A stretch of 64,000 bases of DNA from the NCBI GenBank assembly GCA_002293825.1, contig DBDW01000008.1, positions 9,430-73,429 of the forward strand, read 5' to 3'. This document shows positions 8,807 through 15,920 of the stretch, piece after piece (positions within the stretch are counted from its first letter, which is position 1; each line of letters begins with the position of its first letter). The stretch is from Candidatus Magasanikbacteria bacterium UBA922 (lineage in GTDB: Bacteria > Patescibacteriota > Patescibacteriia > Magasanikbacterales > UBA922). The notes under the pieces were generated by a model. The model was not told where the DNA came from. It saw nothing but the letters and a program-made list of their open reading frames with translations, and searched no databases. Both the position numbers and the translations under genes were made by a program.

Positions 8807-10342
8807 ATGAAACAACCTTTTCTCAAATTTCCAGAAATCGTACAGATACTGATGGTATTTATCATACTGCATGTACTTGCATTTATCATATACGACTCCG
8901 CCGTTTTACGCATGATCACACTTGCGAGTGTCTTTGTGTCGACTATGTGGATCGCCCACAAATCACTCTTTACCGGACTTCTTATTGCATGTGCTGAAAT
9001 CTTTATCGGAGGACATGGCCATCTCATCAGTGCACCCATTCTCGGATTCCCTCTTTCTCTCCGTATCACTATTTTTCTTGCAATCATGGTAGTATGGATG
9101 ATACACATTCTGCGCAAAAAAATGCATCTCTCATACAAGCACCTTCCTTTATATCCATGGATACTCCTCATACTTGCACTTATACTCGGAGGAATTACCG
9201 GGCTCGCATATGGAAATAACCCTCTTTTTATTTTCGATGATGCAAATGGATATCTCATTCTCGGATATGCACTCCCATTCATCAGTATCGAATGGACCGA
9301 GGCACGCCGAGCCACACTTCTCCGCATACTCACCGCGGCTGCACTCTGGGTAAGTGTAGGCACACTCATCTTGTCATATATATTCACACACTCGATTGAA
9401 TCATATGCACGGCCACTCTACACATTTATCAGAGATACCCGTCTGGCAGAAATAACACTGCAATCCGTATCAAACTCTGAGGGAATTGTTACACACCCAT
9501 TTGCAGCGTATATTTTGGGTGAATCAGGATACTGGTACCGCATCTTTATGCAGTCACAATTTTTTGTCATAGCACTCACTTTTTTCCTTATCACATACAC
9601 AGTACTACATACTGAAAAAATTCGAATACTAAGCTCGACTTCACTACTCATTATTTTTTCAATAGCCACAATCTTTCTATCACAATCACGCAGTTTCTTT
9701 GTAGGATTATGTATCGCACTCACGGTGATAAGTGGATTTATATTCTACCTCAAACGAAAAGAATTTATAACACTGATAAAACAGTACATCTATCTCATTG
9801 GCATGAGCAGTATCGCACTTTTGCTCGTCTGGATATCTATCACACTTCCTATTCCGACGAAGCCATCGGTCGATACGGTATTATTCAGTAATACTTCAAT
9901 TGATACTGATCGATACGCGGCAGTATCTAGTCGCTGGTCACTACTCTCACCCATGATGATAGCTATCGATAACCGTCCGATTCTAGGCTCTGGATTTGGG
10001 ACCGTATTGACCTACAAAAGCGATGATCCGCGTATATATGATGAGACAGGCAGCACTGCGCTCACTACCTATCGATTTGAATGGGGGTATCACGATATAT
10101 GGATCAAAATGGGGCTAATCGGACTCGTAGCGTATGGCTCCTATCTGTACATGCTTTTTCGTGCAAGTGTCACTATGTGGAATCACACACCTCACTGGAT
10201 CATACTTGGGTTCGTAGGTACTACGCTTACTCTATTTGTAACACACATTTTTTCCCCTTACCTGAATCATCCGATTGGTCTCATCTGGCTTCTCTCCATA
10301 ATTCCATTTATATACACCACCCGATCACATACTATGGTATAA
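8807..10342 (+). CDS. O-antigen ligase/polymerase-like multi-pass membrane protein
   Basis: More than 10 TM segments, LSQSRS, PILGSGFG, WIKMGLIG; ATG at 8807. Confidence 0.75.
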   Translation: MKQPFLKFPEIVQILMVFIILHVLAFIIYDSAVLRMITLASVFVSTMWIAHKSLFTGLLIACAEIFIGGHGHLISAPILGFPLSLRITIFLAIMVVWMIHILRKKMHLSYKHLPLYPWILLILALILGGITGLAYGNNPLFIFDDANGYLILGYALPFISIEWTEARRATLLRILTAAALWVSVGTLILSYIFTHSIESYARPLYTFIRDTRLAEITLQSVSNSEGIVTHPFAAYILGESGYWYRIFMQSQFFVIALTFFLITYTVLHTEKIRILSSTSLLIIFSIATIFLSQSRSFFVGLCIALTVISGFIFYLKRKEFITLIKQYIYLIGMSSIALLLVWISITLPIPTKPSVDTVLFSNTSIDTDRYAAVSSRWSLLSPMMIAIDNRPILGSGFGTVLTYKSDDPRIYDETGSTALTTYRFEWGYHDIWIKMGLIGLVAYGSYLYMLFRASVTMWNHTPHWIILGFVGTTLTLFVTHIFSPYLNHPIGLIWLLSIIPFIYTTRSHTMV

Positions 10343-10395
10343 TGTGCATTCGGACGTACTCATTCACACTATTCTCTCTATTTTTGTAGTATTCT

Positions 10396-11343
10396 ATGCC
10401 TGTCTATCTCTCTTTTTTTATACTTGCCGGATTGTTTTTACTCCTCGGCACATCAGCAAATATTGTTGTCGACAATATTAAAAAAATAGGAAAAAAACTT
10501 CGCATTCCAACTTTTTTGCTTGGACTCATGCTCGGTATTCTTACCTCATTTCCCGAACTCTCAATTGCTATCAATACATCAATCAAAGGTATTCAAGATG
10601 TTTCAGTTGGAAATTTATTTGGAGGTATTTTTGTCGTATTCTGTATCACTCTCGGACTCGGACTCATCCTCAATCGTAAAATAAAAACCGATGGAAAAAT
10701 TACCACCCCATTACCAGCGTTTGCTTTTTTGTTTTTTCCACTCATACTCGGATTCGATGGCATGCTCAGCCTGATAGACGGTATTATTATCTCTCTTGGA
10801 TACCTGGTCGTCCTCACTCATTTCTATTTTAGAACACGAGAAGTAGACACTGTGGGAATCATGATTATACAAAAAAGTGCTCTTGCCAAAGAATTATTTC
10901 TTGTGCTCATCGGAACCCTTGTGGTAATTATTAGTTCAAATTTTATCGTACAATTAACCGTAAGCTTACTCGAAGTGTTCAATATTTCAGGATTTATGGT
11001 CGGACTCATGGTGTTTTCACTTGGAACCAATCTTCCCGAACTTACGGTCATTATCACCTCATGGAGAAAAAAACTCAAAGAAATTTCGTTTAGTCACATG
11101 CTCGGATCAGCAATCGTGAACCCTCTCATTTTTGCTATCATGACGTTCTTTGCCCCCGTTCCTATGGCCATCGATCGATCATACGCACTCATTTTCTATT
11201 TCCTTCTCATCCTCTCGATCACACTTCTCTACTTTTATAAAAGTAATAAAAACCTCAGCAGGCCTGAGGGTATCGTACTTATTATCATTTTCTTAATCTT
11301 TGCACTTCTTCAAGGAATGCTCCTTCCGCCACGTCTTATCTAG
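10396..11343 (+). CDS. Sodium:calcium antiporter (CaCA family)
   Basis: Two alpha-repeats: LTSFPEL..GNLFG and GTNLPEL..LGSAIVN. Confidence 0.88.
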   Translation: MPVYLSFFILAGLFLLLGTSANIVVDNIKKIGKKLRIPTFLLGLMLGILTSFPELSIAINTSIKGIQDVSVGNLFGGIFVVFCITLGLGLILNRKIKTDGKITTPLPAFAFLFFPLILGFDGMLSLIDGIIISLGYLVVLTHFYFRTREVDTVGIMIIQKSALAKELFLVLIGTLVVIISSNFIVQLTVSLLEVFNISGFMVGLMVFSLGTNLPELTVIITSWRKKLKEISFSHMLGSAIVNPLIFAIMTFFAPVPMAIDRSYALIFYFLLILSITLLYFYKSNKNLSRPEGIVLIIIFLIFALLQGMLLPPRLI

Positions 11344-11380
11344 GAGTGCCTACTCGGGGAATCCCACGAGCAGACACTCC
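11343..11380. terminator. Hairpin between convergent genes
   Basis: GGAGTGCCTACTCG-GGGAATCCC-ACGAGCAGACACTCC imperfect stem. Confidence 0.5.
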
Positions 11381-11393
11381 TCACCCACCTGTA

Positions 11394-11744
11394 TTACAGC
11401 TCTCTTGAACGCATGCGTTGCCACCGCACCTCTTGATGAGGAGACACCAGGCAGACATCGGCAGCCTGTGAACTGACCACACCATCGACCGTGAAGATCC
11501 AGAAGAGGTCTTGCGTAGGATCTTCACGAAACCCTCTGATCTCAGTCACATAGACACGGCGCTGACCACCTACGTATCGTACCTCATAACTCACACGATC
11601 TTCATGCTTGAGCAGTCGATCGAGCACCGTCTCACGACTACCCAGATCGACATCACACCCGCTACTCATGAAATTAAGACTCGTGAGTGAAGTGGCAGCA
11701 ACGCACACATCTCTCAAAAATCTACGCCGATCACTCAAACTCAC
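11394..11744 (-). CDS. DUF4430 (transcobalamin C-terminal-like) lipoprotein with twin-arginine-like signal
   Basis: SD AGGAGG before GTG; DRRRFL...SSGC; YVTEIRG..FWIFTVDG....AAD...V.....VRW matches the DUF4430 pattern; lies downstream of a cobalamin-type riboswitch. Confidence 0.7.
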   Translation of the reverse strand: MSLSDRRRFLRDVCVAATSLTSLNFMSSGCDVDLGSRETVLDRLLKHEDRVSYEVRYVGGQRRVYVTEIRGFREDPTQDLFWIFTVDGVVSSQAADVCLVSPHQEVRWQRMRSREL

Positions 11745-11772
11745 GTTGAACCTCCTAATTCAACACTGAAAC

Positions 11773-11802
11773 AAAAACCCGCCAGGATTTCTGACGGATT
11801 TT
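11773..11802 (-). terminator. Riboswitch expression-platform terminator
   Basis: ATCCGTCAG-AAATC-CTGGCGGGT-TTTT on the minus strand, upstream of the start codon. Confidence 0.7.
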
Positions 11803-11880
11803 GTTCGTTTAGACATCCGATACGGATCACAATAACAAGCACGGAATTGCGATACGTAATAGGATATCGAAAAAACATTT

Positions 11881-12002
11881 CTCCGTTCCTGCTCGGGACG
11901 TGAAAACTGATGATACGAACACTCTTGACCGGGCTTGGATACCGTTGCGGCACAGCGGAGGCTACCTGAAACAGGAATACCTCACTTCCAGAGTATATTC
12001 AT
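11881..12002 (-). promoter_or_regulatory. Cobalamin riboswitch (class II / AdoCbl-variant-like)
   Basis: Closing stem GAATATACTCT/AGAGTGTTC, TGGAAG, CTGTGCCGCAACGGTA, AAGCCCG; two blocks are identical to the 15151 element. Confidence 0.75.
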
Positions 12003-12029
12003 AGATTTTGCATATAATGAACTGAGAGA

Positions 12030-12059
12030 AGTGTACCATGTATAAAAACACTCAGTCAA
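12030..12059 (-). promoter_or_regulatory. Sigma70 promoter for the riboswitch leader
   Basis: TTGACT-18 nt-TACACT with TG extension. Confidence 0.5.
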
Positions 12060-12143
12060 AAATCGCTAACTACTTTATTTTTTTACTGTTTTCTGGTAAC
12101 ATATCCACAACATAACATAATAAAAACACTACACATTACTCAC

Positions 12144-12989
12144 ATGTCAATTATTATCGACGGAAAACAACTCTCTCGGACTATCCTTCATACACTCAAG
12201 AGTGAAGTCGATGTCCTCAAAAAACAACACATTATTCCCAAATTAGGAATTATTTACGTCGGAAACGATAAACCATCAAAAACGTATATCAAAAGAAAGA
12301 GAGAAGCTGCAGAAACAGTCGGTATCGCATGTGATCTACACCAATACCCAGACACGACTTCAAAAGAAACCATTATTTCAGAAATCAAAAAAATACAAAC
12401 AGACAAAACACTTTCAGGACTTATCGTCCAGCTTCCATTACCAGAACCACTGTTTACAGCAGACGTACTCAATGCGCTCGATCCAGAGCTCGACGTCGAT
12501 TGTCTTACTCATACACAGCTCGGAACACTGGTAATGAATACAAACACCATTGCACCACCTACACCAAGTGCAGTGCTCGAAATATTATCATCGCTCAACA
12601 TAGAACTCAAAGGTACACATGTCGTAATTGTAGGAGCAGGACCGCTTGTCGGAAAACCACTTGCAATTATGCTACTCAACAAAGAAGCCACTGTGACTGT
12701 CTGCAATGCACACACACCCAGACTCAAAAAAATAACCAAACGCGCAGATATCGTCATCAGTGCAGTGGGTAAAAAAAATTTAATAACCAAATCTCACATC
12801 AAAAAAGGTTCGATTGTAATCGATACCGGAATCTCCTTTGATCATGGGAAAATGTATGGGGATGTAGATTTTGCACCAGTGGCACGAAAAGCCGGAGCAC
12901 TCACCCCTACGCCCGGAGGAGTCGGTCCCATTACCGTCGCACTATTACTAAAAAACACCATTACAAACGCAAAAAAACTATCCCATTAA
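12144..12989 (+). CDS. folD: Methylene-THF dehydrogenase/cyclohydrolase
   Basis: IIDGK, Y...K, GLIVQLPLP, VGKPLA, TPTPGGVGPITVA. Confidence 0.95.
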   Translation: MSIIIDGKQLSRTILHTLKSEVDVLKKQHIIPKLGIIYVGNDKPSKTYIKRKREAAETVGIACDLHQYPDTTSKETIISEIKKIQTDKTLSGLIVQLPLPEPLFTADVLNALDPELDVDCLTHTQLGTLVMNTNTIAPPTPSAVLEILSSLNIELKGTHVVIVGAGPLVGKPLAIMLLNKEATVTVCNAHTPRLKKITKRADIVISAVGKKNLITKSHIKKGSIVIDTGISFDHGKMYGDVDFAPVARKAGALTPTPGGVGPITVALLLKNTITNAKKLSH

Positions 12990-13003
12990 AGGGATAGTTT
13001 TTT
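12971..13003. terminator. Bidirectional terminator
   Basis: AAAAAAA-CTATCCC-ATTAAA-GGGATAG-TTTTTT. Confidence 0.8.
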
Positions 13004-13019
13004 ATACGATATTTCAAGC

Positions 13020-14054
13020 TTATACAGCTGTCGACTGAAACTCATGAAGAATCTGCTCGAGCTCTGACATACTCTCTACTGCCATCAATTTCATGCGCAA
13101 TTCTTTCATACCTTCTATTTTCTCATGAACACGTTCGTTTTTGAAATACCATGCCAAATGTTTTCTAAACGTTGTAATTGCACGTGTTTTAATCATTTCA
13201 GCATCAATACCTACCTCCTGATTCTTTTTACCGAGTGCACGTACTCGTGATTGATATTCGATATGGAGCCGAGCATGTGCGAGCACCGTATCTACACGTT
13301 CAGCAAAAGAAACTTTATACGTAGGATCAAGATATTCTTTGAAAAACCACGGATTACCCAATGCTCCACGTGCAATCAATACTCCATCAGCGCCTGTAAT
13401 TTTCAAAGCTTCATCTACCTGATGCGGCTGATGTATATCTCCATTAGCAAGTAATGGTACAGTGGCAATTTTTTTTGCTTCACCAATTCGTTTCCAATCT
13501 GATACTCCACTGTACCCCTGCTCTTTGGTACGTCCATGAATCGTAATCAATTGAGCACCAGCCTCTTCGATCGCCGGAATAAAATATCTAAAATCATCAG
13601 GACTACTCCACCCTAATCTGATTTTTATCGACAACGGAGTGTCACCGATTGCTCGTTTTATTTCACGAATAATATTCTGAGCAAGTGCAGGATCTTTCAT
13701 CAGCGCACATCCATTGAAATTACTCGTAATTTTGTATACAGGGCAACCCATGTTGATATCAATTCCTTCAGGCCCTGCATGCTCCATCACAATAGCAGCT
13801 GCACGAGCCATCGTGAGCGGGTCTGAGCCAAAAATTTGCTGTACAATTGGTCGTTCAGCTTCTACAAAATCAGTCATTCCAAGTGTTTTTTCGTTATCAC
13901 GCACAATAGCTTCGGCTGAAACCATCTCACGAAACACCACATCAGCACCTCCGATCATTCGTACCATTTGACAAAAAGCCGAATCTGTCATATCAGCCAT
14001 TGGTGAAAGTGCAAGAATTTTTTTGTTTTTAGTCAAAATATCATTGATCCACAT
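13020..14054 (-). CDS. dusB: tRNA-dihydrouridine synthase (DusB-like)
   Basis: LSPMADMTD, QIFGSDP, IDINMGCP, SIKIRLG, TIHGRT, NGDI, RGALGNPW; ATG at 14054. Confidence 0.9.
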   Translation of the reverse strand: MWINDILTKNKKILALSPMADMTDSAFCQMVRMIGGADVVFREMVSAEAIVRDNEKTLGMTDFVEAERPIVQQIFGSDPLTMARAAAIVMEHAGPEGIDINMGCPVYKITSNFNGCALMKDPALAQNIIREIKRAIGDTPLSIKIRLGWSSPDDFRYFIPAIEEAGAQLITIHGRTKEQGYSGVSDWKRIGEAKKIATVPLLANGDIHQPHQVDEALKITGADGVLIARGALGNPWFFKEYLDPTYKVSFAERVDTVLAHARLHIEYQSRVRALGKKNQEVGIDAEMIKTRAITTFRKHLAWYFKNERVHEKIEGMKELRMKLMAVESMSELEQILHEFQSTAV

Positions 14055-14109
14055 AAATTCAATTTTAGAAACTGCAGGACAGAGGATTTCCCCTGCCCTG
14101 CAGTGTGTT

Positions 14110-14325
14110 TCAGGTATGCCCCTTTGTCTCCACTTCTTCGTCATCTGTGCCATCGTCTGAGACGACTGCAAGGCAGCCGATAAGGAAGAGGGTCCCCACT
14201 ACCAGTGGCGGAAGTCTGCCGTACGGGCGTGAGAGCCCGTGCTTGATGAGGTGCCGAGCCATCTGCCCGACTTTTCCTTTCCAGAGTTTCTTCTCTGCAC
14301 GACGAAACGAAGTGGTCACTCGCAT
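14110..14325 (-). CDS. Small orphan membrane protein (71 aa)
   Basis: SD GAGGGGG; ATG overlaps the upstream TGA (TGATG); one hydrophobic segment; GC-rich. Confidence 0.45.
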   Translation of the reverse strand: MRVTTSFRRAEKKLWKGKVGQMARHLIKHGLSRPYGRLPPLVVGTLFLIGCLAVVSDDGTDDEEVETKGHT

Positions 14326-14495
14326 CACTCGTCCCCCTCGAACCACACCTGACCGAAGAAGATGAAGCTGATCGAGTTCACAGTCCTCTTGAACGCAAAG
14401 GACAATTCCTCGAAAAATTCAGCGATCCCCATGAAGACATTCCTACCCCACTCTTTCATGAACTCTTCGAAACGTGGAAGTCCGCCAATCATCAT
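14325..14495 (-). CDS. Small orphan protein (56 aa, not in the ORF track)
   Basis: AAGGGG SD; MMIGGLPRFEEFMKEWGRNVFMGIAEFFEELSFAFKRTVNSISFIFFGQVWFEGDE*. Confidence 0.45.
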   Translation of the reverse strand: MMIGGLPRFEEFMKEWGRNVFMGIAEFFEELSFAFKRTVNSISFIFFGQVWFEGDE

Positions 14496-14621
14496 GCACA
14501 CCCCTTTTCACCAAGACTTATTTCTTGCTTGGCTTATCACTACCCGAAAATAATTCCAGGTACTGATAAACATAGGTTCAGGGTGCGTCTCAAATAGAAA
14601 ACGTACCCTGAACCCCACCCT

Positions 14622-14963
14622 TTAGGCAAGCGCAACCTCGTTCACCGGCCAGTACCGGGTCGGAGACACGCGAGGAGGTGTACGAAGAATCGTACCGCCG
14701 GACCTGACGAGCACCTCGACATCTTTGACACGCTCAGAGATCTCGTCGTCCTGGACGACGAGGATGGTCGCACCAGTCTTCTTCACCATGACCACGAAGC
14801 CACCGGTGTAGCTCTGGTAGATGACAGAGACCGTGTACCTCACACCCTGCGAAAAACAGACGTGCGTCTGCACCCCACGAGGATTGATCGGACCACACCC
14901 TTCACGCAGGTCGAAGAGTTTCGAAATTTCCGCCAGAAAATTCTCGGCCACTTCACGAGTCAT
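14622..14963 (-). CDS. Orphan hypothetical protein (113 aa)
   Basis: SD AGGAGAGGGAG before ATG 14963; GC 35/60 at 14701-14760; 3' hairpin at 14575-14614. Confidence 0.55.
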   Translation of the reverse strand: MTREVAENFLAEISKLFDLREGCGPINPRGVQTHVCFSQGVRYTVSVIYQSYTGGFVVMVKKTGATILVVQDDEISERVKDVEVLVRSGGTILRTPPRVSPTRYWPVNEVALA

Positions 14964-15099
14964 ATCACTCCCTCTCCTTGTTAAGTGTTTTGTCCAAAAG
15001 GACACGTGACCCTAGCACACTCCTTGAACTTTTGCAAGTCCGAACATTGCCCACAGGATAATACCAAAAAACAATCTTTTTTGCAAGGTTGAGCAAAAG

Positions 15100-15127
15100 T
15101 TGACAAGTACACACTGCTTGATACAAT
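15100..15127 (+). promoter_or_regulatory. Sigma70 promoter of the B12 operon
   Basis: TTGACA-16 nt-TACAAT with TG extension. Confidence 0.7.
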
Positions 15128-15150
15128 TCACGCATCATTTACAAACAAAC

Positions 15151-15242
15151 CATATTCTACTGGAACTGGGGTGAAATTCCCCGACTGTGCCGCAACGGTA
15201 AAAGTCCGATCTTGTAGAATATGCATTCTCCCGAGCAGGAAC
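15151..15242 (+). promoter_or_regulatory. Cobalamin riboswitch (class II / AdoCbl-variant-like)
   Basis: CATATTCTAC/GTAGAATATG closing stem; TGGAA, GGGGTGAAATTCCCC T-loop hairpin, ACTGTGCCGCAACGGTA, AAGTCCGA B12-box-like. Confidence 0.85.
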
Positions 15243-15285
15243 TAATACACCCTATCTTTGTGGTATCGGTGTATTATATATACAC

Positions 15286-15311
15286 ATTCCTCCGTTCAGG
15301 GGAATTTTTTT
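15286..15311 (+). terminator. Riboswitch expression-platform terminator
   Basis: ATTCCTC-CGTTCA-GGGGAAT-TTTTTT just before ATG 15321. Confidence 0.7.
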
Positions 15312-15320
15312 ATCTCAATT

Positions 15321-15920
15321 ATGCACCAAAAGCTTTTATACTTCCTTATCACGCTTTTTACCACTGCAACACTGGTAAGTGGATATTCAGTAATCAGAGA
15401 TCAAAAATCACCTGTCGAAAAAAATACAGTTTCTACACAATTAAATACTGACACTCCAGCACACACACAAAACATTGAATCAGATATTAAAAATTCCATT
15501 CACTATACCGAAACTACTCAAAAAAAAGAGCCAGAATCAGACATTGAGAACAGCGAGATCATAAATACTTCCACTACTCCAGACACAGAAACTCATCCTT
15601 ACGAAATATTTGAAGCGAAAGTGACGCTCGCGATCGATGGAAAAAATCTTCATATCCCCTATCACGATAGCATGACCGCTGAACGTGCGATGCGGGACGT
15701 TGCACAACGGTATCCTGAATCATTCCACTATGAAGGAATCGAATATGGCGGGGACCTCGGCACATTCGTGACGGCGATCAACGGTAAGAAAGAAAATCCA
15801 CAAGAAAAAATGCGCTGGATCCTGTATCTCAACGGAAGCCCATCACCCAAAGGAATATCAATACTCACACTTAATCCAGACGATATACTCTCATGGAACT
15901 ATGAAAAAGAAACTCTATAG
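15321..15920 (+). CDS. Membrane-anchored DUF4430 (transcobalamin beta-domain-like) protein
   Basis: N-terminal hydrophobic helix; LGTFVTAING..RWILYLNG....GIS...L...D.LSW.Y. Confidence 0.8.
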   Translation: MHQKLLYFLITLFTTATLVSGYSVIRDQKSPVEKNTVSTQLNTDTPAHTQNIESDIKNSIHYTETTQKKEPESDIENSEIINTSTTPDTETHPYEIFEAKVTLAIDGKNLHIPYHDSMTAERAMRDVAQRYPESFHYEGIEYGGDLGTFVTAINGKKENPQEKMRWILYLNGSPSPKGISILTLNPDDILSWNYEKETL

